From Octopus bimaculoides (lineage: Eukaryota), in assembly GCF_001194135.2 (NCBI RefSeq), contig NC_068992.1:55222069-55256376 (forward strand): DNA of 34,308 nt. Reading direction: 5' to 3'. Both the position numbers and the translations under genes were made by a program. Below, in pieces: positions 12,535 to 24,766 of this stretch. The notes beneath the pieces are model-generated. The model ran no database searches. It worked only from the letters and a program-made list of their open reading frames with translations, and was not told where the DNA came from. Position 1 is the first letter of the stretch; each line of letters starts with the position of its first letter.

Positions 12535-14320
12535 GACTGGACTTCTCGTGTGCACCAGTGTAGACATGGGGAAACAGCACAGCGTCTTCCTGATTGTATT
12601 TAGATAGGATATTCTGTAGGCCAGTAGATAGAAGTAGCATTGGCTGTCTACAGTTCAAAGTCATCGGCTACACAGACCACAAATTTGTGATCTGCACAGT
12701 CGACCTGGATAAGATCCACAGGTAGGGCACTGGAGGCTGAACGCGTCTTTCTCAACGCATCAAAAGCTAGTCCATCGCAAGTTGGCGGATGCAGTCGTCA
12801 ACAACTGCTGATCGATAGACATGAAAAGAACGATAAGTGTACAGGCAGTAGGAAATAGCCAGAGAAGAATCTGGGATAGAGGGAGAGCTAGTTAGGAAGC
12901 TAGATGAAGCGCTTAAGGGCGGCATTGCGACTGACATGATGGCAGCGGGATTGGATCTTGATCAAGTCTTCAATGCCAAGCACAAAGGTTACGTTGTCAT
13001 AGATAGGGCGCGTGCTCTAAGATATAAGGGTACGAAAGCTGCTTGATGGGCTCGGGAGACAGAGGTGCAACGTGGCCACAAAGCCACAATTTGGATTTGA
13101 AGGGGCGGGACTGGCGTATACTAAACGAATCCAAGCAGATGTGTACAGAGTTTCAGCGGCACTTCGCCGAACTGTTCGGGGCACGCGGTGTGTCGGGGAT
13201 GGAGGTAAATTTCACGTCCTACCTCGAAGGCATGCCGCACCTTTCGACAAGGGATGTGGAGTTCTGTGAAATTCCAATAACAGCCGAAGACATATGGGAC
13301 GTGATGACCAGTTGCACAAGAGAGAATTCTCCGGAGCTGGATGGTCTGCTCTTTGAACGTTTTCTTCATATGCCAGACTTGTTCTGAGGCCTCTTGCCGG
13401 ATGGGAGAATACCCACTGCTGTGAGCCGTGGCCTGATGGTGCTGCCGAGAAAATACCCGAACAAAGGGGACCAATTAGATAATTCTAGGCGCATAATTCT
13501 GTTGAACACTGATTATAGAATTTGAGGTAAAGTGCTAAGATTTTGGGCAAAAAGATTAGTGCTTGTCGTCGATCAGCTGGTCGGTGACGCGCAGATATGC
13601 GCTATTCCGAACAGATCTATCCAGGACAACTTCTATCTCATGTGCTACATCATAGGGAAAGTAGAGAAGGAACCTGGTATGGGTGGGGCCCTGATCAATT
13701 TGAGTCAATCGGAAGCTTTTGACAGGGTCGACCATCAATACTCGGAGGCTGTCTTCGCGGCGGCCGGTTTCGCTCCTGGTTTCAGAGGCTAGATCGCTAC
13801 AATGCAGAGTGACATCTGTTCGGTGGTCGAAGTAAACGGCCATATATCAGAATCGTTTAGTATCGTTCGTTCGGTCCGTCAAAGATGCCAATTCTCTCCC
13901 CTTCTGCACGTGCTGGCTCTGGAGCCTTTACTAAGGAAGTTGGATATTTCGAGGGGAATTCCGTTCATGCCAGCATATGCAGACGACCGGAAATCGAGAT
14001 GATTGGCAGTAGCTTAAGGGAATACAAAGCGGTGACAGGAGCAAACATTAATCAGGAAAAGTCGGAGGGCCTATAGCTCGGCTTCTGGAAAAGGAGACCT
14101 ATGACAACCAACACCGTTGTAGGGCGCTGGACGGAAGGACCGGTTAAACTGCTCAAGGTCTGGTTTAGTCCGGACCTCCAGGTGGTCACAAACCGGGGTA
14201 AGATGACGAGCAGGGTAGCCAATTTCACTCAGAAATGGGCAGAAAGGAAGTTGTACCTGAAAGGTCGGGTGGAGGTGGTAAATGCATACATCTTCTACTG
14301 CCTGACCGTCGTCCCTTGAG
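12535..14320 (+). mobile_element. Decayed L1/Tx1-clade non-LTR retrotransposon ORF2 fragment (end of APE endonuclease plus reverse transcriptase)
   Basis: Frameshifted/stop-interrupted motifs: LDRIFC..GYTDHKFV..WRLNASF (APE C-terminus), SPELDGL, RRIILLNTDYRI, AQICAIPNRSIQDN, LINLSQSEAFDRVDH, SVRQRCQFSPLLHVLALEPLL, PAYADD, YKAVTGANINQEKSEGL. Visibly more GC-rich than the flanks. Confidence 0.93.
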
Positions 14321-14322
14321 GA

Positions 14323-14440
14323 CTCTGAGTTCGACTTTACCTTTCATCCTTTCGAGGTCAATGAATAAGTACCAGTTGAGCACTGGGGTCGATGTCCCAG
14401 GAAATTTCTGGCCTCGTGTCAAAATTTGAAACGATTATTG
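14323..14440 (+). mobile_element. SINE family A, 5'-truncated copy abutting the LINE end
   Basis: tcgactttacctttcatcctttcgaggtcaatgaataagtaccagttgagcactggggtcgat matches the family A 3' half. Confidence 0.85.
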
Positions 14441-15460
14441 CTGTTGTAGTGAGAAAGGCGAAAATTTTCAATGTAACTGGCGAGAATGCTTATTATATTA
14501 CATACAATCATGATCAATGACATTACTGGAGATTCGAGCTTAAAGACTTACTAGTCATTTGCTTGTTGTAGTAGTATTTTTCGATCTCTAAGATATGAAT
14601 TCACATCCTATAATTTCAGATTCTCTTCGTTTTACCGCCCACAAAACAGCTTCTGGCATTTGCCCTTGTAATTATACGGCAACAGAAGTGATTGTATATT
14701 CACGATAAAAATAATTCAACTGCAGTTTCAAAGTATGTGCAGGCTTTGTATTCAGTGCAAGTTTCATATTTGCGTTTCTATATGTTTAAATACTTGTTCT
14801 GAGGTCGTAATGATAAACGACAAATTTCAGAATGCGTAGGAGCGCGTATGATGATATCGATATTTTATTTTTGAATTTAAAAAATGGAGTCAAATATCCT
14901 ATGATGTAAAAGAGAAAGTAATTACATTTTAGGGAAAAATACAATAAATTGATTTTCTTTCCGAAAAATTAACGAAATTGCTTAAGTTTCTGGTGGTGAA
15001 ACGGATGAAAGAAAAACAGATAAACACATCCCGAATCGAATTCAAACCAAAAAGCAGATAAAAATCATGTTTACCTAAAGATACTCGAAAAACACGAAAA
15101 AAGAAACCTTCCGAAAACCTTTAATTGAAATATGAACTCGAGTTCAGTACCTAAAATAAAACAATATTTCATACATTCATATTTCGCTGAAACGGGAGTT
15201 CGTTTGGCTAATGTTCCATTATTATTATTAGATCTATTTTTCCACATATTCTCTTGATCGTGAATTCACCAACCATTTATCATTTCAGGCCATTTTGGCA
15301 ATTCATTATACATTACAGCTCTTTCTATAAATATTTCAATACACATCTTTTTCTTTTTTTTTTCCCTAATGATTTAAATAAAAATAGGGTATGGTGCTCC
15401 GGGAATTTTATTATGAAAATATTCCTCATATTTTTTTTAGCAGAAACATTGCTTTCTGGT

Positions 15461-15700
15461 TAGGCAGTGAGCGGGCAGAATCGGTAGCACACTGGACAAG
15501 GTGCTTATCGGCATTTCGTCCGCTGAGGTCGACATCACCTTTCATCAATTGAGGATCGATAAACTAATTATCAGTTGTGTACTGAGGCAGATGTAATCGA
15601 GTAGTCCCCTGTCCAGTACCAATTGAGTACTAGAGTTGATCTAATCGGCTTAGCCACTCCGCTGAAATTGCTGGCTTTGTGGTAAAATGGGAAACCAACA
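15461..15700 (+). mobile_element. SINE family A, diverged with internal deletion/duplication
   Basis: ggcagtgagcgggcagaatcggtagcac head, gaggtcgac core, duplicated 3' segment. Confidence 0.8.
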
Positions 15701-15829
15701 TTAGCCCCCAGCTTTTATCATTGCTTATTGTATTACACATTCATAAACATTTCAAGTCCGAAAAAATATGTAAATAGTTACAGATTTTAGCTTTCCATGA
15801 TGACCTATATTAAGTAGGATACACATATT

Positions 15830-16300
15830 GGTGTTTATAAACAATAACCAGACGATAACAAAGATCTACTGCTAGCAGCTTGTTTCGCTTAAGTCAGCGC
15901 TAGAAGAAAAACGACCGTCTTTGTTTTCAAGACGAAAGGTGTTCTTCCATCATGTTAACGCTCGGCCACATTCAAAGACTGGATCTGTTTGAATGAGAAA
16001 CGATTCCCCATCCTCCATATTCGCCGGACATTGCCCCATCTGATTATCGTTTATTCCGCAGTCTTCAAAATCAATTGGACGTAGAAAATATGAATTCAGT
16101 AGATGAGGTCAGAAGAGAAGCGGAGGAGTATTTTTCGTCACGGACAAGTGGATTTTGATAGATGGAATCCAGATAGATGGAAGAGCGTTGTGGAAATTGA
16201 AGGAGGGTATCCTTTAGATTAAAAAAGAACTTTGTTTACCTTAATTTTATAAAAATAAGAGAAGTATGAAAAACTGCATTATTTATGGGATAACCCAATA
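15830..16300 (+). mobile_element. Mariner (Tc1/mariner, DD34D-type) transposon, 3' fragment with right terminal inverted repeat
   Basis: NQTIT..IYC*QL, KRPSLFSRRKVFFHHVNARPH, and after a frameshift HPPYSPDIAPSDYRLFRSLQNQL (from 16009), ending RWKSVVEIEGGYPLD*. Terminates in ...gcattatttatgggataacccaa-TA, a TIR plus TA target site. Confidence 0.92.
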
Positions 16301-16530
16301 TACACACATATTACACATACATAGTCACAAACATACCTACATACATATATCATACCTACATACATACATATAAACATACAATATTCGATCATGTGCGTGT
16401 GTGCGTGCATGTATGTGTGTGTGTGTGCGCGTTTGTGTGTGTGTGTGTGCGTGTGTGTGTGTGTGTGTTTATGACAGAAAATTGGTTCCACACCGATAGC
16501 TTTCATAGATGCATGAGAGGTTTGACTGAC

Positions 16531-16644
16531 TGCGTTCAATAAAAGATTCATTATCCCTTTAATGAAATTATCAGAGAATTTGTCTATCAACGATTTCATA
16601 TATAGACCGAAGGTAGCTGTCGCAGTAGCAATGACATTTAATTT
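16531..16644 (-). CDS. Candidate internal exon KLNVIATATATFGLYMKSLIDKFSDNFIKGIMNLLLNA
   Basis: Acceptor tgctcttcatatctag|AAA, 38 open codons, donor GCA|GTCAGT; phase 0-0. Confidence 0.3.
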
Positions 16645-17689
16645 CTAGATATGAAGAGCACACAATAGATTCATGTTTGAGGCTTTGTATATAATCATTA
16701 TTCGAGATATATTCGTGCTAGCTCCTTTTACTTTATAAAATTCTACTAAATGTTCGACGCATTAGACTATCATAATTTTTTTTTTTTCATTAATAGAAAA
16801 TCTATTGAACAGTCTTTTGAAAAGTTGTATATTATGACAGATTTTCTCATAAATATCGATGGAAATATAAAACCCTAATCAAAAGCATACATTGATAATA
16901 CTTCATTTTGTGAAACGAGATAAACTTAAATATCAGTTCTAATATGCGTCGCACACCTTGCAGTCTCATCATTAGAATTCTGCTATGGTTCTCGTTCTAA
17001 ATAATAAAAAAAAAACGGTATTTTCAAGCACATCAAAGGTATAGATGGAAACTAGCATACAATATATACAACATTTATATATTTACAGAAATGGTTTTAT
17101 TGACTTGCTCAGTTGCCGTATCTAAATAAAATGCGCTGCTTTATATTTTCATTCATAAAGCATATAGATGGCTTTTTAAGTTTTCAGTCGTTATGAATAC
17201 TGCTCAAGTAGATTAGATAGTCGAATAATAACGGTATATATACACAAAAGTTATATTTCACTACTGCCGTAGTTCGTTTGTAATTATTATGAAACTAGCA
17301 CACAAGTCTCTTTGAGATGTTTACCCCACGTGAAATATTATAGCTAGTGATATTACACGTTTGCATACGTATTATAAATATTCGAGACACTGATATCATA
17401 CTATACAATATTTTAGTGGTTAAAAAACCCATTAAACAGTGTCATTTCCCGTCGAAAATGTATGAGAAACTTGAATCAACAGCGATTATAACGGATTTAC
17501 ATACGATAAAATATTACAAAAAGCTTTAGATCAACAACTGTTAATTGCATGTTGTAGCCAGGATAATGAAGCAGGATTGCAATATATTTTCAGTAACGGA
17601 AGACATGTAATTCAGAGTATAGGAGTATAGGAGAATATAAATTATACCCAGATTCAAAATATCTTTGAAGTACAAAGTTCAGTGAGTCA

Positions 17690-17900
17690 AGTTACTGCCG
17701 ATTCAGTCAATAGGATGCAGCCATGCTTGGGCACAGCCCTTAAAAATTTTCAGTCAAATAAATATCGTCCAGTTCTTTTATTTTTTCTAAACCTGGCACT
17801 TATTTTATCGGTTAGTTTTGATAGACCACTAAGTCACGGAGGCCAAAACATACCAGCATCGGTTATCAAGCGGTGGTAGGGAGCAAATGCAGACGCAAAG
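17690..17900 (-). mobile_element. SINE-like family B, diverged copy
   Basis: gcagccatgcttgggcac, acctggcacttattttatcggt, accagcatcggttatcaagcggtggtagg align to 30893-31095. Confidence 0.75.
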
Positions 17901-18490
17901 TCACACACATTGGGAAAGAGCATAGGCACCTGAAAGTTGTACAGAAAGAGCAATGCAATGGCGCGATAAGGAAGCTACGGTTCGAAGTGACGTGACGAGT
18001 CTATGCTTCCGCCAGCCTAAAAAACGATGTTGTCTAAGTTATTTCCTCTTGCGTTCTGTCAATTTCAACAAAATTAGTAATCAATCAAACAAGTACCACG
18101 TTGAAACACATATGCAGAAATAGATACTAAAGCATTAAACCTGTACTACAGCATTTTCACGTGACTTGAAACCAGTAAAAAAATAATCAAAGAATATATC
18201 TATTTAGAAAATGCGTCACATATTAATGTACAAGTCCTTCTAATAATCAGACGATAATGGTAATTTTCAGATTTTGGTAAAGCCAAACTTAGGCTCCTCT
18301 TTATTTATAACAGCTCACAAATACTTTCGAAGTGAACACGAATTAAAATCCTATTATATGTTTATCCTTTGATCTCCGCGTCAACTCTAGTCAAGAAGAA
18401 TTATTTTCCTAAGTACTGAAGCCATTAACATACCTCTATTTTTCTCTAATGCTGTTCAAAGAACTTCATTTTCTAATCTGTCCTCTACTT

Positions 18491-18660
18491 AAGGTGGCGA
18501 GTTAGTAAAACTGTTATCAGAACGGAGAATTTGCTTATCGGCATTTCGTCCGTCTTTAGGTTTTTAGTTGAAATTCAGGCGAGGTCGACTTTGCCTTTTA
18601 TCCCTTCAGTCGATGAAATAAGATATAATTGACTTACCCCTCCCCTCAAAAACTGCTGAT
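18491..18660 (+). mobile_element. SINE family A, diverged copy
   Basis: aaggtggcgagttag head, gcatttcgtccgtc, gaggtcgactttgcctttta, cccctcccctcaaa tail. Confidence 0.8.
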
Positions 18661-19548
18661 TAACGTGAAAATTTGATGAATGGTTTTAATTCTTGAATAC
18701 TTTAAACAGAAAACTTGTATCATAAAACCAGGTTGGTATTAAAAGAGAATGCTAAAATATTTTTGAGTGATATTTGACTGTTATTTCTAGTAAGCAGAAC
18801 AACCACGTAGTAGCTCCCTTGTTTGGATCGAAGAACACTGATTGTGCGTAATAAGAAAACAATCTCATTGACAATCAAAATGGAATGCCAATTTAATGAT
18901 ATCAAAAGGAGGATTTTGACATTCATTCTGTCAGAATCTTTCTCAGACACATCCGAACATATAAAAAAAATGTCCTGAAAGATAAGTTGGCTTAAACCTT
19001 TGATCTATTTAAATCTTTTCATGTGTATGGATTCGAAAACTTTTTTCATTGATTACAGCCTGAAATCGTTTATTCCGCTCCCAAAATTGATGGAAACGTT
19101 CATAAGTGGTTCGCTGGTTTAGACAAAAAAAAAATGCTATCCGATATGGATCTACGAAGACATGAGATACCCCATCAACATTCATCACTAATAATCACTC
19201 TTCTAATTACGTGTTCATTTAATTAATGTTTACACTACTGGAAAGATAAAAGCAATGTAACAATATTGCGAGTGATGTAAAACGCTAGCTTTTTAAGCCT
19301 GTTTAATATTTAAAGTGCATGGAAGAATAATTTCCAATTCATTTAACAAATTTTCTTAATATGGTTGTGTCTATGAGATACGCAACGTTATACAAAGAAT
19401 AAACAAATATATGGGTAACAAAAATGTCGGTAATAGAACATCTAAACGATTGATCAAACTACAACATATAAGAGAGCAAAGCCCTCTTTAATTACACATC
19501 ATTTCAGAAAACGAAGTCAACAGAATCAATAATTTTTCATTTTACTTA

Positions 19549-19615
<67 letters not shown>

Positions 19616-19846
19616 CTTATATACATATATCTATATATGACATTTTTTTCTTTTATATGTAGATATACATATATACATATTCATATGTATGTATATATTG
19701 TCAATGGATGATATCCAGGGGACCTCAGCATAGAAGACATTTAGTAGCACTCAAATGATTTAAAACTAGACTCCGATGTCTTTAGAAGAGATCAATACCG
19801 CGGGGTTCAGAATAGCTATGAGAGGGATCAAGTTGAACAAATATAC

Positions 19847-20385
19847 AGGCAATTATGTGAATAAACAAATGAAATATATTAAATATAACAGTTCGGGTAT
19901 GAAACACAAAATGTGTATATATGTTTACAAGCAAAAAAAGACAAAGCAAAGTGTGGAGAACTCCAGACGATGAATATTTGAGTTGCTCTTCATTTTTAAA
20001 CATTCCACCTTTGAACTTCTGTGTATTATAATCTGAAATGTTTGATCTTTCTACACTGATGACGGAGACTCGATTTATCCAATGTTTATTTGTTTCTATT
20101 TTGGCTACCATATTCTGATGAACTACCTCTACCAACATTATGTTGGATCTCCGAACACGAAGAAAACGTCTGTTGGACTTATAACATCTAACTTACTCCC
20201 CTTCAAATTTCTCTGTCGATTGTACTTTGTGTAAGATCGATCTATCAATATAAATACCTAAAAATCATCGTCTGAAAGTTTCCACTCTTTGCTTTCTGCT
20301 ATTTTGCTTCTATACAGAATACATATTTTGTATTTCATACCCAAGCTATTATATTTAACATATTTGATTTGTTCATAATTACCCT
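19847..20385. repeat. Diverged inverted repeat pair (arms ~19847-19980 and ~20257-20385)
   Basis: Left arm aacaaatgaaatatattaaatataacagttcgggtatgaaacacaaaatgtgt..cagacgatga matches the reverse complement of the right arm, aacaaatcaaatatgttaaatataatagcttgggtatgaaatacaaaatatgt..cagacgatga. Confidence 0.85.
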
Positions 20386-20992
20386 TGTCTGTCTCACTCC
20401 CTCTATCTTTCTCTGTCTCTGTCTGTCTGTTACATTCTCTCCCTCTCTCTCTCTCTTTCTCTCTCTCTATATATATGTATATAAGTATGTATGTATGTAT
20501 GTATGTATGTGTATGCACGCTTATAGACCATTACACATGCACTAATGTGTATGATGTCAACCTTTTCATTGTAAAAATTACTAAACATATACGCTACTAA
20601 AATGAGTATTGAGTGCACCTTTTGTTTAACGTTAAAATCTGTTTATATACAACTTCAGAGTCGAGCCAGTCAAGACTNNNNNNNNNNNNNNNNNNNNNNN
20701 NNNNNNNNNNNNNNNNNNNNNNNNNNNNNNNNNNNNNNNNNNNNNNNNNNNNNNNNNNNNNNNNNNNNNNNNNNNNNNNNNNNNNNNNNNNNNNNNNNNN
20801 NNNNNNNNNNNNNNNNNNNNNNNNNNNNNNNNNNNNNNNNNNNNNNNNNNNNNNNNNNNNNNNNNNNNNNNNNNNNNNNNNNNNNNNNNNNNNNNNNNNN
20901 NNNNNNNNNNNNNNNNNNNNNNNNNNNNNNNNNNNNNNNNNNNNNNNNNNNNNNNNNNNNNNNNNNNNNNNNNNNNNNNNNNNNNNNNNNNN

Positions 20993-21103
20993 TCTGTGGA
21001 GTGCTCAGCCACGTGCACGTTAATTTCACGAGCAAGCTGTTCCGTTGATCGGATCAACTGGAACCCTCGACGTCGTAAGCGACGGAGTGCCAACAACAAC
21101 AAC
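20993..21103 (+). mobile_element. 3' end of an interspersed retroelement ending in a (CAA)n tail, 5' part lost in the gap
   Basis: ctgtggagtgctcagccacgtgcacgttaatttcacgagc..gacggagtgccaacaacaacaac; recalled as a common octopus repeat terminus. Confidence 0.6.
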
Positions 21104-21222
21104 CTGTTCACTAGGCTAATGTGGCAAATATGTGTGATAACTAAGTATCATTTTAACAGCAAACGCCATGAAACCTAAATAGCATTTTACATGCCTTAAG
21201 TTCTGTATAAATACATATTTAC

Positions 21223-21254
21223 CTCATCTGTCGGTATTGACTGCTCTCTTATTC
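21223..21254 (-). CDS. Candidate 32 nt micro-exon (IREQSIPTDE)
   Basis: Acceptor ttctgtttatatttag|GA and donor GAG|GTAAAT; phase 1 to 0. Too short to be significant alone. Confidence 0.2.
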
Positions 21255-21559
21255 CTAAATATAAACAGAATCGCATATGTATGCGTATTACACCAGAGAA
21301 ATAGATTTTAGCAGTTATTTTGTGTGAAAATTAAACTTAATTAAATACATTGGACAGCCATAAACAACCGTCCAGTTTATTTAATGTGCATTCGATTTAC
21401 ACAAGTAATATTTCGTGAAATCAATAAATTTATCTATTGTATATTATAGTCTGAAAAACAAATAATGTTAAACTGTCATATCATGCTTTTCCTCTCTTTT
21501 CTATTTATCGTTCCATCTCTCTATACTGTTCTCCTCAATATAATCATGATATCAATAAT

Positions 21560-21570
21560 ATATGTGTGTG

Positions 21571-21631
<61 letters not shown>

Positions 21632-22598
21632 GTATATATGATATATGTATGTGTGTGCGTGTGTGCCTGCGTGTATGTATGTGGTGTGTGTGCGTGTGTG
21701 CCTTCGTGTATATGTGTGCATGTGTGTGTGTGCGTGTGTGTGTGTGTACGTAAGTTTGTTGTAGAACTGAAACTGTGATTAGAAAACAAGTAAAACAACT
21801 AGGGTTTGGCAAAGTTATATGCGCATTGGTCTGAGTTACACCGCTGCGCTGTAACGAATAAACGATGCATTATGCATTTTAGAGACATATTTCGATGCTA
21901 TACGCAACCAATACTAAAGATTGTTCGACTTAAATCGTTATTCATCATTTTGCTTACAATAGAGCTTTTGTTAATCAGAATATATCTATAGAATACAGGG
22001 AACAGTATATGTAATACACATATGTAAACAGGAAACACTGTCTCGTCGGCAGATCAAGATAGACTTCTTGGAAAAATAGTATGTTGGGATTTCATCAGTA
22101 GATGAATATTTTGCTTAACTGCACACAAAAGCTATACAAACATGTCCACCATTCCAAAGATTGAAGAAAATCGATTGGATTTATTTCCCGAGAGCTAGAT
22201 CGATTATAATTTATCCTTGCATTAACAGGTTTTGTTTCTTGTGATATTCTACACAACGGGGCGTATTTCTTGATTTTTAGCCAAACGCATGTATAATATA
22301 CAAATGTTACGAAGGTACCTCCCTATGCTACGTTAGTAGTGACTCTGTTGGAATTTTGGAGGGGTACCCAGAACATCCTAGTAAACGATTAAGTGTAGCC
22401 CGTCTGATCTGTCTTTTTCTATTCATGAATACATACGTAATATGTATATACAAGATCCTTACATCTGACTGTTATGTACTGTTTTAAATATGTTTTTAAT
22501 GTTTTAAAATTCTTTTGATGATTTTAGATACATAGGTAGGTACATAGACATAAGTAGGTAGAGAGGCCGGCAGATAGGCAGACAGGGTGATAGGTAGG

Positions 22599-22677
<79 letters not shown>

Positions 22678-22980
22678 GTAGATAGATAGGTAGATAGATA
22701 GTGGTAGGTACTCTGTGGTCCTGTATAGCGTTGAAACACAACGCTGTTGACGCATCTGAAATTTATTAATCAAACAAGCTGTCAAGAATGTGTTATAAGA
22801 TGCGAAATCAGTTTATCCGATTTTCTTAAGCTCTTAATGATAGTGCGTCTGTAAGCCGTGTTTCTGTAGAAACAATGTCTTTATAACAACCGTCTATCGC
22901 AATGTTAGCTAAAATCGCCATATTGATTAAAACATATAGTTCTTTTTATCTGTCTTTTCTCTCTGCCCCTTTTATATTTC

Positions 22981-23030
<50 letters not shown>

Positions 23031-23330
23031 NNNNNNNNNNNNNNNNNNNNNNNNNNNNNNNNNNNNNNNNNNNNNNNNNNNNNNNNNNNNNNNNNNNNNN
23101 NNNNNNNNNNNNNNNNNNNNNNNNNNNNNNNNNNNNNNNNNNNNNNNNNNNNNNNNNNNNNNNNNNNNNNNNNNNNNNNNNNNNNNNNNNNNNNNNNNNN
23201 NNNNNNNNNNNNNNNNNNNNNNNNNNNNNNNNNNNNNNNNNNNNNNNNNNNNNNNNNNNNNNNNNNNNNNNNNNNNNNNNNNNNNNNNNNNNNNNNNNNN
23301 NNNNNNNNATATATATATATATATATATAA
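21560..23330. repeat. (TA)n/(TG)n 21560-21750, (GATA)n 22595-22700, (CA)n 22983-23030 and (TA)n at the gap edge
   Basis: Direct reading. Confidence 0.95.
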
Positions 23331-24067
23331 ACACTGTGCAGTAAGGAGCAATATACACTAGCTATTTATTAATGCCAAAAATGCAAAAATGAAGCAATAC
23401 TTTTACAGAATGTTTTGCATTATTGTAGAACGTGCTCAATGCAGTATATATGTCAGTAATATTTTTATTGACATCCAGCTCACATGTAATTCGATAAGTG
23501 TTTGATCGTAGGTGTTTAAGACTCCGTTGGCAAGTTAGCTATCAGAAATATAGTGACGGATACGTTGGAAATTTGTTATTAAGCACTATATCTAAAGTTA
23601 TTTTATTTAAAATAAATAAAAATGAGTTGTGAAGGTCACAGCTGGAACGCCTTCTCCCATACGTTTGTCCTTCAATGATTTAAGTGGATGTAAGCCACAG
23701 CAACAGAAAAACATGTATGTCTAGAAAATTTTCATTTGTTTTGAAGATTTAAATGTAATTTCAGTATCGAATATCCACGTGATTTATTTAGTGATTGTCA
23801 CGTGAATTCTATTGTCTGATGTATGGTAAGCAATATATATGAGAGGATGAAATATAAAGTTCAATAATCCAAAATTTATTACTTGTTTATGTCCGCAACA
23901 TTTCCTTTGGCAGAGATTTGAAGACACTTGTTTGATTTAAGAAGTATGTAAATAGAATCTCAAATAATACCGTCTATAAGATTTAGACAAAAACAGCAAT
24001 AATTCCATCAGCTACAAAAACGACAACATGAAGAAAAATCTACAAAACAAACAACAACAACTAGAGT

Positions 24068-24068
24068 A

Positions 24069-24124
<56 letters not shown>

Positions 24125-24200
24125 TAATAATAATAATGATGGTGATGATGATGATGATCATGATGATGATGATGATATTATTATTGTTATTATCATTATT
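24068..24200. repeat. Compound (AAT)n-(GAT)n-(ATT)n microsatellite
   Basis: Direct reading. Confidence 0.95.
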
Positions 24201-24436
24201 ATTGTAATCTTTATTAACCACAATGGCTCGGAGCGAGCTAGAAAATTAGAAGTTAATTTTGAACAGGGAACTTACAGAGACGTGTGGTGTAGGACGAAGA
24301 TAATGTACAAAGTGTGTAAGTGGTTGGGAGACGTTATACATTATTATATACTTGGACAAGTTAATAATTTATAAATCACAAAACGTACACACAAATAAAT
24401 GAAAGTGCATTATATAAGACATTAAATAAAAGAAAT

Positions 24437-24766
24437 TTATATATCTAAACTTTCACTTGAGTTGATCAGTGTACACCGGCTTCCCTCGTACGATATGCCG
24501 TGTTCTTCATCATCATATTGATCAGGTTTCTTGAATCTAAAACTTCCATAAGATTCCCTGTACCATACTGGGAAACTCAGAGACCATGTCTTGTGAGTTG
24601 TTGAAATATATTGCTTTATAAAAATCTGAGACGTTCTTCTATCGTGTTTAAATGTGATCCCATTTCCTTTCTCTTTCCGTATTGCGTTGCAATATTCTTT
24701 GTGTACATTGTATAAGTGCTTCACTGGAACTTTTTTCTTGCAAACAAACACGACTATACACAATAC
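24437..24766 (-). CDS. Putative terminal coding exon of an unidentified single-pass membrane protein (end of TM helix plus cytoplasmic tail)
   Basis: Minus-strand acceptor ctctagctttcatag|GTA, then 109 open codons VLCIVVFVCKKKVPVKHLYNVHKEY...SSESLDI-TAA with non-repetitive, protein-like composition. Hydrophobic start followed by KKK (stop-transfer pattern). Candidate AATAAA on the minus strand near 24209-24214. Confidence 0.6.
   Translation of the reverse strand, partial: VLCIVVFVCKKKVPVKHLYNVHKEYCNAIRKEKGNGITFKHDRRTSQIFIKQYISTTHKTWSLSFPVWYRESYGSFRFKKPDQYDDEEHGISYEGSRCTLINSSESLDI

Noticed and set aside
13121-13843. Minus-strand ORFs of 117 and 95 aa
   Set aside because: Antisense to the LINE reverse transcriptase.
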